Program-made: the position numbers and the translations under genes
The notes under the pieces: generated by a model
Told to the model about the DNA's origin: nothing
Seen by the model: the letters and a program-made list of their open reading frames with translations, nothing else
Databases searched by the model: none
In this document: positions 22,656 through 36,471 of the stretch, in pieces
Position numbering within the stretch: the first letter of the stretch is position 1
Layout of the letters: every line of letters begins with the position of its first letter
Origin: Lingula anatina
Taxonomy: Eukaryota > Animalia > Brachiopoda
DNA: 64,000 nucleotides
Direction of reading: 5' to 3'
Assembly (NCBI GenBank): GCA_051362555.1
Contig: CM120641.1
Coordinates: 18,352,001-18,416,000, forward strand

Positions 22656-25600
22656 TAAGAGTTAAACTTGGCCAGAAACCCTCGCTTGGAAGTCAGAAAG
22701 TGGGTGACAGGCACATATCAGAATGACCATTATCCTTTAAGCTGGTGACTTATTTTTTCCCCAGTGACATTATATAAGCAGGTTGGGTTTATGTTGGAAA
22801 TGTCAAGAAGTGGTGATATCTGATACTGTAAATATGCTAGCAATATTCTAATTTAGCTCTCATTTAATCAATGAAGGTAAACCAATGTAAAGGTTTTACT
22901 TTCATTTAATAAGTTAATTAGGATGGGTCTTCTTCAAACATACCCCAGTCTCACTCTTGGATTACTTAATCGTTTTCTATAACAATCTGAAAATTTCAGC
23001 CAAGTCAAAATTGTAAGATAAAAAAAATGACATCAGTGTACGGATTTTTGAAATTGTCAATTCTTTTATTTTCATGAGTCAAAGCAATCTGTCTTCAGAA
23101 TTTGCTAAAATTCTGTTTGCTGGCATGAAACTGGTAATCATTACTTGAGAGAAATCCATGCTTGTCTATTTAGACCAACCCAAAACCAGCTGTCAATTAA
23201 TGTTCACTGATTGTAAATGATGGGTTTTTAGTTCCTATTTTTTTTTCATGCAATGCTTGTTGTGTTAAGAGTACTGTTGAAGAAACATTGCAGCATGGAT
23301 CAGTCATTGACTGAGGTGCTCTGTCTTAATGCAAAATCATAAATTTAAGATGAAAAAAAGCAGCCTAGATAATTTTTACCTCTGCAAATTGCCTTTTAGT
23401 GAATAACCAAACTCAAAAGGTGTTGGAAGGATTTTGAGAATACTATCAGGATGGTTTAGAAATTGGCTGTTGTAGAGTCAATCAAATTTTGGCTGTGACC
23501 CATTAATTAATTAATCGTAGTGAGAATTGAGCTTGGTAGAGGTCTGATTTTCGCTTTTTGAGTGCTTTTGTAGTCTTTGCAGTTTGCAGCTTGACTTCAC
23601 TACAGTTTAGTAATATAATCCAAATGTAAATATATAAAGCTTACAAATTAACTGAAAGAAGACTGGTGTTAATGGTGTCAATCTATAAAAGATAAATGTT
23701 TTTTCGCATCAGGTAATTGTTTTTTTTATTCCTTACCATCTTCATTATAGGCCATTGTCTAATGTATCAAAAATTCATAAACATATATGTATTTTAACAA
23801 ATGAAATTAGATGGAGCCTCGGAGATATTCTGGGTTAGGATAAGAACTGATAAAGCTATGTTTGGTTTTCAGTTGCTATTTTGGTAACATGGCAACTGGT
23901 TCTTCATTTAGTGCCTCTGTGCTTGGACAAACATTATACAAGGTTAAATTTAGACCACAGTATGTTTATAAGGTTATTAGGATTCATTTGGGTAGTATTA
24001 ACAGGGAATTTGCATGTCACAAATAAAAAGTAAATGGATTGGTAAATTAGATAAAGGAATACTGGTACATGTAATGGAGAGGCTTGCCAAAATATTGAAA
24101 ACTAATAAGCAAATTTGTTGCCAGTTGTTGACATTTGTTTTTTCCCAACTGAAATGTGCATCAATTTTTGGGGAATGAACAATTTACTTATGCCTCAGTA
24201 CTGTTTAGCAAAAGAAAATCCCCTTTAGTATTATTTTATTTTAAAATTCAAAATGGCCGTCAGTGTTTTTATATGACATTAATTTGCTGCCATATCTCAA
24301 TTTGAAACTATTATTGAATGGGTTGGTCATGCAAATTTAAGTAAAAAGATTAGCAACAGTGTTCATGATCCATAACCTATTCATTGAGAAGAATGCATAG
24401 CATGGGCTGCTGCCATATTAAGTTTTGAGAAACTCTCACTGTTGTAGAATTGATAACTCAAGCTATTTGCCTTCTTCTATCTAAATGTTGACATGTCTTA
24501 GAAAAAAAATGAGTGAGGTGATATTTTTTGGTGGCAAAAAATTTTAAAAATTTTAATAAACATATTACTTGTTATTGGTGAATGTCCTCTTTTGTATGTG
24601 TCTAGACTTTCAAATCATATTTTGTTTTACAAAATAAGTGTTTATTTCAAAAATTATCCAGTTCCTTTTTTATTTCACACACTAATAACTAGGACGAAAA
24701 ATTGATTTTTTAATGCTTCAGATCCAATTACCTACTATCACTTAGAACAGTCACACAGACATGATATATGATACCTTATGTACAGATTATCAACAGTATG
24801 TTCACATAATAGATGCTTAGCTGACCGCACCTGGTACTGAGTCCACATAATTCAATAATAAGATCCCACTTTAGTGTTCAGTAATTTCTGGGAAAAAGAA
24901 CTTACTAGTGACTTTCAGAAAACGAGACATCTATCGTAGTTTCTGGTAGTTTCTGACCGAGTCCTACAGTTTCTTTGGAGATCAAACTACGTGTACGCTT
25001 ATGCTTCAAGAAACATTTCACTATTGTCTGTATTACAAATCAACCTTGGCACTAACAGGGTTAAGAATTTTGTTCAATCCAATTACAAAAATGAAATATA
25101 TTAATACACAGCAGTGTTTCAAAACAAATCACTGCAAAATTGATAAAAACCATTTTTGTACATGTATTACAAAAAAGAACTTGATTATTTTAGTTATACC
25201 ATTTCATACTTGTGTGCTTGTGTGTGTGCCCTTAGTGAAGTAGTTTATCATTGACGTCATTGCCTGTTGTCAAGTATTAAGAGATCAGGTGCTGTGGATA
25301 AGGTGACAATTATGGACTTTTGATATCCCATAGCATGACGCAGTAAGTGAGAGAAAGCTAACTTTCCTTCACTTTTGTGTCATTCACTATTTTTTTTTCT
25401 AAAATTCAATGGTCAAATGTGTGTTATTACACACCTTGCTTTCTAAAAGAAGGGTCATTATTTCCATCTCGATGTTGGGTTGTGATCTATATTTAAACTT
25501 GAAGATCTACTTCAGCTCATATCAGCAAACTAATAGAACCCTCTTGAAAATCTTAAATCTTCCAACAAGATGAGGACCAGGGTTGCCTATTGTTAGCTTT

Positions 25601-28600
25601 TAGTTCTTAGTGTGACCTCTCATTACTAACGTTTGTTAGAAATATAGTTAAGAAAACAATTTGAGTTTTTGTAAAAGCAAAAACTTCTGTGCCATTGACG
25701 TAGGGTGTTGACATACAAGGGTTGTACCGTGGGTGAAAATAGCTTGAGCGTAATTCCTATTATTGCAGGTGGGAGTGAAGGGATTATACTTTGTAATGAT
25801 CTTGTCCTTGATTTTGTCAAATTATTTGAGCTTCTTTTATATATTCTAGAATCTATGAAATATGAGTAATATAAAATATCCCATAAAAATTGATTTACTT
25901 TCTGCTGATGATCATACCCCCCCCCCCCCATTCCACCCTCTCAGTCTCACAGCTTTAAAAGATCTAAAAACACCGATGGAAATAATTTCCAAGCAAAATT
26001 TTAAAGATGGTATTCATATTTAGAAATTATTAATGAACAGTTTTATGAGTATTTTTAAAACCTGGAGGGAGACTGAGAAAATCAACAATTTAAGAAATTG
26101 TTAACATCCTTCAATATTCCAGAAGCAGAGCGCAGGTGTAATATTTGTAGCTGAAGGTGTTTATTCACATGTCTTGTGGTGGATGTATTTAGATAGATAG
26201 ATATATTGTATGCCTGACATTCCATGTGTCAAGTGGACAGCAGAATTGACACCTAGATGATATTAAATCACAAAACATATCAATGATTTATCCGCAGCAA
26301 TGAATTGTAAAGCAGGAGTTACCAGTAGGTCGTGATCAATAGCTATTCAGAAGATAAAACAGTCGTGATAAGTAAAATAACCCCTTAAATGAAGGCTTTT
26401 ATGAAGCGTCAGATTATCATCACAGTCATCAGGTGAACGTGTTGCCATGGAGTGATGTACCAAAGATTAGCTAGTATGTAGCACAAATTACAGAAATTAT
26501 CCTCTTGCAGTGATAATAGGTAACAGTGCACCAGCCCCTGAAAGCATACTAGTGCCTTTTGTTTTAGTCATCAAAATAAATGTACTTTTAAGAAATTCAG
26601 GCAAATCACAAGAGACCAATCCAGTGGTGAAAAGTAATATTTTTAGATTCCTTCAGTGTCATAGATGAATTTTGTTTTTCAGTCAAAATCTTAGTTAGGG
26701 CTAGGATGTACGAAATCGGTTTTGTACATCCTAGGTTAGGGTAACATGAATCCATCCTTAATGGCTTTTGTAATTAGCTAGATTTATAGTAAAGAGCAGT
26801 GATATCCAATATACTCATCTCTTTGGCCTGTCAAAAAGGTTAATATTTACCTATATATAGATGTTAATGGGAAAACTGCCATGTCTTTCTCAACATATAA
26901 ATGGAGTTATAGTAAATAGATCTTGACTGTTTTGGGTTTATGTTGTAAACTTGAGAGAGAGGGAAAAAGAGAGAGTTTGCCAAAAGCTATTCCACTACTG
27001 TTTCACTATTGTTAAATATTTTAGATTGAGATGAATGAAAAAAAAAAGTAATCATGCTTGTTGTAGAATGGATATAGTCTCATCAAAAGTTAATGCATAT
27101 TTAACAATTCCATGAAATGAATAAGATTTTTTTTGGAAGAGAAAATGCAGACATATCTTGCTCTGCCTATTTACTTGGTTCATCACAAACAGAAACCAGT
27201 AGTAGAAAAAAATATTATCAAAGGTTTCTTATATTACCTCATTAAGATTTTCTGTTTGTTCTAGAGAACTAGTTGCTTACAAGTGGATGTAGATTTTTAA
27301 ACAATTGATTAAACCTTTGAAGTGAACAGAACATCTAGTACTATAAGGCACAGATCAGCAAGCCCCAGATAGTATTTATTTAAGCATGAATTCAACTAAA
27401 TTTTGATCGTTAACACACCTGTGGTTTGATTAAGATTGCCTTATTTTACAGATTTTTCTTGCATGTTGTAAACAAACAAAAACTGTACTGCAGCAACTAA
27501 GTGTACATTGAAAAATCCATTAAAAATTAAAATTTTATCATTCTATGCAGTTCTTTTCTGTCATTTTGTCAGGACCATGTCCTTATTAATGAAGTGGGAT
27601 TTTTGTTATTGGTGGACAAGGGTTTTATATGTTATTTGATGGCATTTAGGGTGGAATGAATACTTTCAATGGATTCTACCTGGGGATTCAGAGAGGTTGG
27701 TTATAGTTAGAAAAGGTGAAAATCAATTTACTGCTCTGCGTGTGACTGCACATAGAAATGTTGAAATCACAATCCCCTCCCTTAATGCTGAATTTTAATA
27801 GTGAAAATCCCATTAGTATTGGAGCTGTTTAATCTCAGTGGCAGAAGTTAAAAAAAAACACACTCATTAGTTTGTCCTTATTAGTAGTTAAGGCTATTTT
27901 CAGAATTATTTTTTACTCTAATGGCTGCCAGAAAATACAGAAACAGCAGGGTGGTTGACTGTTGCACGGTTAGATAAGCAGAAGTGTGCGTTAAAGAGTC
28001 TCCTTGGACAAACAATGATTAGACCAAAACAGCGTGGTAGAAAGTAAATTATGCATTCTAGTGTAAAGCACTAGTACATACCTATTTGCTTATGGTTGTG
28101 TAAGTCTGTGCATTTCAGCTTATCAGTTGCTAGGTGGCTTCAGTGACCTCCATTTTACTATATGCATTTTAACAATTATAGTTATATTAATTCACATCAG
28201 TCATCAGTCATATGCCTATGTTTGTTCTGAGTTGAAAATAAAGCCCTGACTACCATATAACAAATTATTAAGGTGAGTCAGGGTTCCATCTTTAAATGTG
28301 TTATTGTTATTGTTGTTGTTTAAATCCATTATATTATTTGCATACATTATTTTTTGCATCTGTCCCCATAAATCATGAAGTTATACATGGGAAATTACAT
28401 TAATGTGGCTTTTCCTCAAGGGACTCTTCTATGGAGGTGTCTGTGGAGAATCGGGCACATGTAGCAACACTTAGAAATGGCAGTTTAATGAAATTATTCC
28501 AGGAATAAGGAAGGAAAAATATTAACCCAGGGACTGACCTACACCAACTGCATTTTGCTGGAATAACACCTGTTGGTCAATTAACAGACAGAAACTTGAT

Positions 28601-30944
28601 GGTGCACACAGACTAGTCATTTTTTGATGAAAACATTTTCATTGGTTTCTTTATTTGATGATTCAAACAAGGTTTTAATTGATAGCCAAACCCATGGTTT
28701 TCAGGAGATAGAATAAAAAAAGAGAGAGTGAGAGAGAGAGAGAGAGAGAGGAGAGGGTCTATTACTGCTTTTTGTTATTCAGTTAAATGAGACATACTTC
28801 CTCATTCAATATGATTAGGAATGGGATGATATCTAGTGGAACTGATTGTAGTTTTAAGGTTTTTAATCTATGTATCAAAATCTGCATATGAAGTACCATG
28901 TTAAGTTTCATGTATACATAATACTACCAAGATATCAGTACTCATATTGATGAGAAGAATCAAGTTGCATTTGTTTTATAGGCTTCTTCAATTAAAATAT
29001 TGATATATTAATATCTGATTGATAATGTAAGTCTTCATGTACTAAGTAAGTGTTTTATCCTTATACTTAGGTTTATCATTTTGAAAAAGTGTTTACAATG
29101 CACGGAGGCAATTGTCAGTTTAAATAATGGTGATAAGAAAATGATAAAAATAATCAAAAGATAATGGAGTCAGATAACCTAATATATCATGTTGTACTAT
29201 TGTTGACTAACAGGGTCATGATAAAATTATCATTGTATTCAGTTAACTATAACCCAAACTTAAAATTCTCTCTCATTAGTCTTCTGTTGTGTTATCTTAA
29301 GGATAAAACACAGCTGACATTTAAAGTTTTTATTATTATTATATAAAAAGTATCATTATTTATATATTATATTATTTGGTATTATAGAATTTTCAAAATG
29401 TATGTTCTCATTGGTTAATTTAAAGGGTGTCAAATACTGTCAGATAATTGGCATATTTTAAAAAATATCCCCTGCACATTCATTTCAACACTTTATTTTA
29501 ACAAAATGCAACAGTAATCTGCCTGAACATGGTTTTACAGTTCCTTATTCGTATTACTTACGTAGTCAGTATTTTCTTCCTTTTTTAATGTTTTGTTTGA
29601 TTTATGAATTGATTTAATAAATATCATGTCACCTTAAATGGAAGACTAAGCTTGTTAGACTGGATCTGCACCCTGCCTGAAGCATCTTTGACTAAATGAA
29701 GGAAACAGATGTATATCTTTAAACTTGTAGATCTTTTTTCAGGCACCTGCCCATTAATGGGATGTCATCATCAATTATCTTGTGTCATTGATTTAAATGT
29801 GTCTTGTCCAGTCTAGATATCGCGCCTTTTTCTGCATCTTGAAACTTGATCTGAATATATCTAGGCAAGACATTATGCTGTAGTAAAGGGAAATTAATTC
29901 CATTGATATTTTAGGACAGAAATGATTATCTATTTGCCGGGGATGTCTAGAGAGAAAAAAAAATTTACATGTACAAGCAGAAGTCCCATACTGCTCATTT
30001 TTTCACAAGGAGAAAAATTGATTTAATGTAATCTTATGCAATGGGGGTATTTTCAAGTATTTTTGAAGAGTTGCTGGGGGGGGGGGGGGGGGAGAAACCA
30101 GTTTATTTTATCTATCTTGTTTAATTTAATTTTATTTTATTTTGCCTAATGCTGAAAATCACTAACTTTAGTAGATTCTTAAAAAGATCTGCATATTATT
30201 TGCCAGTTTAGCATTGCATTGATTTAGCATATTGATAGTACTAGGAGTCTGTATGGGCTTTCTCCATAAGGGAAGGATGAACCCAACAGCATAATGACAC
30301 TTGAAAGATAAAGGTTGAAAAACTCTACTGACTAACCTATGTCCTTTTCTCTGTTATCTCATCAAAAAGAACAGCAATGAAGTAAAACAGGAACACTTCC
30401 AAGTCCTTACCAGGAGTTAAAAAGGTTAAGTGAGAATATCTTTTGAAACAAGTTTAAGCAAGGTGCTGTAAAGATTTGTGGAAGAACTTTTAGGGAATAA
30501 TGAAAAGTATTCTAAATCTAGTTAACACAGTGATATTGAGCTAACGGTGAACTACTGTTCCCTGTCATAATAAAAATAATCTTGATGTCTTTGGAAAGTT
30601 GAATATCTATGCATTTAAGCAGGGTATATCTTCTGAAAAGCACAGATGGAAATAGAGATTGTGAAAAACTAAACCATCCTGCAGACACATTATGCATAAA
30701 TGGACAATCTACGTGGTGTAGGTTCCTGAATTTATGTCCAAGATATCAGGGATATATCTTTCTCTTCAGTTTTATTACATTTTCTCTTTTTATGTGTAAG
30801 CTCCTTCAAGACTACCTGACAGCAATGTATCTTTTGTATTGATGGGTACAAAGTGGATGCCACTAATAGTCCATCAATCAAGCTTGTGCTTATTTATAGA
30901 CCCTTTTTTCTTAATTCTTATCATAATTTTGTTTCCAGGTTTTC

Positions 30945-30979
<35 letters not shown>

Positions 30980-33900
30980 CTTCTAATCTTGGCAAGGAAA
31001 ATGTTATTTTCTAACATTAATAAAAAACATCTTGTGGCTGGGAATTTCAGAATCAAAATGAGAAACCATTAACGTATTACATTAAATAAACATCTTTTTC
31101 ATAGTTTTAACAGTGAAGTCATTTGAGATGATTATATACAAATGTTCATGATTGAGAGCCAAGATAAATATGTACCTTAGGCAACCAGGGAGTCTATAAA
31201 AAGAAAAGAATAACAAATCAAACATTTAAGTACAGAGCATGATTGGGAAAAAAAAACCTAAATGATTTTACAAAACCATTTGATTGTGTGTGGCATTCGT
31301 TGGCATTTTGATAAAATTTCATCAGGAATTTTTGGTTTTGTCTGTTTAAGTTTGGGTTTGGGAGATATATTTCATTTTGTTTATGTAGAATAGAAAATAT
31401 ATCATAATTGAACTTGAACACCAACTTAAAGGCATTTGAAATACTGTTTTGAGATGCTTTAAGATGTTTTTTACCAAATAAAATCCATTTATTTGAATAG
31501 TGAAAGTGTTTCATGTCTCTCGTTTTCATGTTAAAAATTGCAGAATTTAAACCACAGCCTTAAGCTTAATATCATAATTTGGATAATTAAATCAATAGGT
31601 CTCTAAATTATTGACAGATAAATTTAACACATGTTTAAGTACAGGTAAAATCTGCATACTTGTGGTTAGTAAGGGGTGAATGATGCTTTAGGTGGTCATT
31701 TAGGATAAGTGGTGGTTATTGATGGATGAACTTGCATTGTATGAGAGTGGACACATGTTTAAGGTTTTAAGCCTACATTGGTATTGGAAGGCAGGTCACT
31801 GATAGTGTAAGTTCCCATGTTTTGGACTTAATGGACCCAGTATGTAGATGGTATATCCACTGAATATTTAATCACTATTGATTGTTGAATACTGGGTATG
31901 TTATCATCGTGACAACATACAAGCATGAAACATTTACTATATCCCTTATTCGTTGTTTATTGTCCAGCAAGGAGAGAAGATTTTTAATGATAATTGCTCA
32001 TTATGTCTGTTAATTTAAATTTGTTCTATCATAACAACTTCAGATATAAGATAACAAAAAGGATAACAAAAAGGGGTATTGAAAGCTCAGACTAGTGTCA
32101 GGAGATTGCTATGAATATAATAATGCAACTCTAGATTAGTAAATGAGTTTTATTGATTAAATTGATGAAAGGGTTGAATATATGAAGTACTCATTTTACA
32201 ATTCATGATTCTTAAACATGTTTCAAAAGGTCAGACCTAGAGTAATATCACCCATTCCAGGCTATTTGTGGCCTGCATGAAAATTGTATTGAAAATTGTA
32301 TCAACATAATTGATCATACTTACTTTTCACTCCCTGAGTTTCAAATGTTTAAATGCTTGCATACCATATTACCAACATGGAGTTGCTGTACATAGGCTTT
32401 TAAAGAAACCAGGATCAATCATCATACACTGAAATTCAGGGTGCTGTCTGCCTGCATATAAATTCTCGGCTGAATTCTACCGATGTCCAGTTTGGAGTGA
32501 ATTGATGCCAGCTAAATGCTCAGGTGCCTAGGTGACATAATTTGAAAACAGATTTACAGATTCAAAATAATAATAATAATAATAATAACAATAGGACATA
32601 AAAAGGGGGAGGGATTTCAGTGAAATCTGCTTATTAAGATTTATAGCTGTCATCATATTTGTACATTTGATAGTTTTAAACTCACAATGATACTATATCA
32701 TATTTTAAGTTTGCCATAAATCCCAAATGTTTTTATTGTTATTGTGCTGTATATAAGATGATGTACCGCATGCCTATTCATTTTCCAGCACTTGCTAGTT
32801 TTAGCAATCCCTATGATGACAGTCAGTTTATATGTGGTCAAATGAAATATGCACTGATGGGAACAATAACTTTAGATGGTGTTCACGCTTTTCAAAGAAC
32901 ATTCTATCCTCATCCCATTTCCAGGGGCAGGGCCCTATTGAACATGAGGATATTGAGAATCGCTTTGAAAGTGCCTCAGTGGTTTAGATTGATTATCTTC
33001 GGTGCTTCTGTTTCTGTGCTGGCTATTGCCCTGTTAACAACATATAATTGACTGCCTCCAAAGTTCATTTTGGCGAGCTTGACCTTCTTCTTTATGTATG
33101 GTTGATTGCAATGAACAAAAGATTGACTGCTTGAACACATACTGTATGCTCATCAACAGACTGTCATTAGAGTAGATTGCATCCACTGTGAAGAGCACTT
33201 GCTTTATACTATTATGATATAATGAAATCAACAAGTCAATTTTTTTTTTCGCAAAAGATGAACATGCTCAAAACCCATCCATGTGAAAGACTGCATTGGT
33301 GAATGTACTCTCTCTGGAGCAGTCAACCTAATTATCACAGCTTCATTAGTCGTGAGTAATGTGAAACTTCAGTGCACTACAAATGCATAACACAGTTTGA
33401 ACTCATTTTGATCTTTATTGAGCTGCATTTAAAAATTCAGTGTTTGTAATGTGGCCCCACTAGCATGTTAGTATATATGTTCTACTCTAGATTTGAAAAG
33501 AATTCATGAGAAGGAGAAAATAAATTACCAAAAAAGGTCACATTAGACATACATGTATAATAAAACACATTAAAAATTATATCTATATTCAGGGGGGAAA
33601 ATAGTGCAGCTGCAACTTCAGTTTAATTCGGTGCCTGGGTATACCAACAGTTCTACTAACTGTAGCCCTGTTTCTTTTGAAATTTGTAGGACAAAACGCT
33701 GCAACAAATCATCTCCCGGACTCCCTAACAAAAGATAAATATTGATATTGTAACAGAAAGGAGGCTGGGTTCTTGGTCTAGGTTAAGTGTGTGTGAAAGA
33801 TGTGAAAAATCTATAAACTTTTCCTCCCACCATTTCATTAGCTGAAGTTGAAAATGATAGGCACACAAAGGGCCATTGTAAATTGCATTTAGATTGATTT

Positions 33901-34164
33901 TTCCACTGCAAAACATTTTTTATACTAATAGCTTTTCAGGAATATCCTTTGGAAGGCATGCAAAACATAAATAACATGGGCTTTTGCAATAATTTTTTCT
34001 CCAATTTCTTTGGAAGTATGCAATTTTATCAAATAGATCCAGGTGTCTTAGTGAGATGTACAGTGTATTAATTTCACTGTATCTCTATATAGTATCACTG
34101 CTGTTTTATTATAACTGGACCAGTTTTGTGTTATACTATTACATACTACTACTACTGTGCCTTA

Positions 34165-34574
34165 GGGTTTGTTCCCAGTGATGCTATCGTTCTATCTAGA
34201 TCGATCCAAGTCTGTGGGGAGTCTCGCTGAATGCAATCAGATTAGCAGATTAACAATCCTCCTCTTAGAGTTGCATATAATACAGAAAAGCTGGTGATTA
34301 TACAAGTGCATTGAAAAAAGGGGTGTGTTAATCTGTTTATCTGATTGCATTCAGCAGACATGAGCTTTTTTTTTTCGTGGAAAAGCAGAATTCTGCTTTC
34401 TTGAATTTAATTCTGATGGTTCCTTAGATTCTTCAAGGTTAGGTGTAATGGAGCCCATGATAAATGTCCAGAGTTTGTTTTTTTTTTAAACCTAGGCTCA
34501 TGTCTGATTCATTGAGAGTCCCTACAGAGTTGGATCAATCTACACAGAATGATACTTTCAGTGGGAAGGGACCC
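34165..34574. mobile_element. Palindromic PIF/Harbinger MITE with nested insertion
   Basis: TIRs gggtttgttcccagtga / tcagtgggaagggaccc, TTA TSD, long inverted arms; nested element 34355-34506 with cagacatgagc / gctcatgtctg ends. Confidence 0.75.
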
Positions 34575-36275
34575 TTAGATGACTTCCTGTTTCTGTTGTC
34601 AGGTGGCTACTGGTATTAATACCAGTTGATGAGGTTATTCAACTCTAATTTTTCTTTCAACAGTGGTTTCCGTTTTATTTGTGGTTAGGGGCTTTTTTTC
34701 TTCCTATTTGCAGTATTAGAACTCATTGTGAAAACAATATTTAATGAGAATACAGTGCAAATTTCAAAGTATCTTTTACCATTTAGTATTTAAAAAGAAA
34801 TGGGGCATGTTGAATTCATCTGCTCCATTGATCAGGATTTTATGCAGCATTTTTATAAAGAGCACACAAGTTTATGCCTTTTTTATCGATTGTGAATGTG
34901 AAGTGTGACCAAGTGTAATCCAAATAAGCAAATACATACCAGTAGGTTACTTGACTAAGCTATATCAGCATTAGGACATTTTCTTACCACAGATAACTTT
35001 TTATTGAATCATTGAATCATTTTGGCACTGTGACAAGCACTGGAGTATACATTATCTGAAAAGTATACAGAGTGTGAAAATAAACACCAAATAAAACATT
35101 CAGTAAAGTAAGGAAATACCTGGGATTCAGAATCAGATTCCAATAAGTTGCTGTTGCATCTGTTTATTTTGATTATTTTTTTTTTTAAGTCTGATTGTAT
35201 CTTTTTTTGTTTTTCAGAACCTCATTAAAGCAATTTAGCACACTTTATAATAATAATAAAAATAAAAAAATATCATAATAATTATTCTCTGAAAATATTG
35301 TTTCTGGTGACTTATTTAGAGCATCTTGAGCTACTCAGTTCTGATAGTGACTAAACATCAAATGGAAAAAGGTATGCGGATATATCAAGGTGCATTTCCT
35401 GAAGACCCTACAACTCCTGTTGAAAGGGCGAGGATAATGATCAATATCATGATGATGTTGGTGATTGTATGGTACCTCTAGCATCTCCTCGCCTTTCACG
35501 TCTCCCTCCCATACTTTTGGGGAAATTCACCTTCTATCCGTTCCTCTGAACATATCAGATTCCATGACTTTCTCCTGAAACATGGAGATTTATTGTGAAG
35601 CAGGTGATATGAAGCATCTCAAGGAGGTGCTTAAAACAAAAAATAGGTAATAAAAACACAGAGAGAACTGTATTGTTTTCGGATTTTTCAGGGTTTTTTC
35701 ATCTGTGATTATATAACATCTGGCAATTGAATTATGGCTTAGGTAAAGAAATTAACGTAGCATCCATCTGCATACATTCTCATGTATTTGATTACAAAAT
35801 ATATTGAATTGGATAATACGTGGAGTATCGTTTCTCAAATATTAGTAATGCGGGCAGAACTCTTAGTAAATATGTAGCATGTGTTCACTGCTTAATGAGC
35901 TCAAACTAAATACAATTTAACAAACTTTGTGTGAGGACCAGAATGCACAACCAAGATGTGACCTTCGGATCCAGGGGATCAGTGGGGGGGGGAGGGGGGG
36001 GGGGGTTGAGCTGATGTCCCTTAGGCTATCTAAGGCCCTTTCCACATCATGGGCTATACTTATCTGGACTGCAACATTTTGACTGGTTCTAACATGCATA
36101 ATTGCACTATAGTGGGTTTTGCTTCCTTTAACAAGTTCGCTTTTGAATGTTTGGATCAATCAAAATTAATCTGGTTAACTGGCCATGTTGAGTGCAGGGG
36201 ATGACTCTTTTTTATGTAATAGCCAGGCAAAACTTTAGGATACAATAAAGTGTACTACACAGGGTGGAATTGCCT

Positions 36276-36279
<4 letters not shown>

Positions 36280-36345
<66 letters not shown>
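36280..36345. repeat. (TA)n microsatellite
   Basis: Seen directly. Confidence 0.95.
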
Positions 36346-36348
<3 letters not shown>

Positions 36349-36471
36349 GCACTATATCATTACCAATTTTCATCCTAATGTCAACTTTATCCCAATTATC
36401 TTTGCTACATTTGTATAGTGTTTGGTCCAGAAACAGAATCTTGAGTGTTGGTCCTGTAGTAATGGTACATA

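Noticed and set aside
25030-25064. piggyBac-like GGGTTAA end
   Set aside because: No matching left terminus found
35380-35620. GC-richer patch resembling a nested minus-strand exon
   Set aside because: Stops in all three minus-strand frames and no recognisable homology
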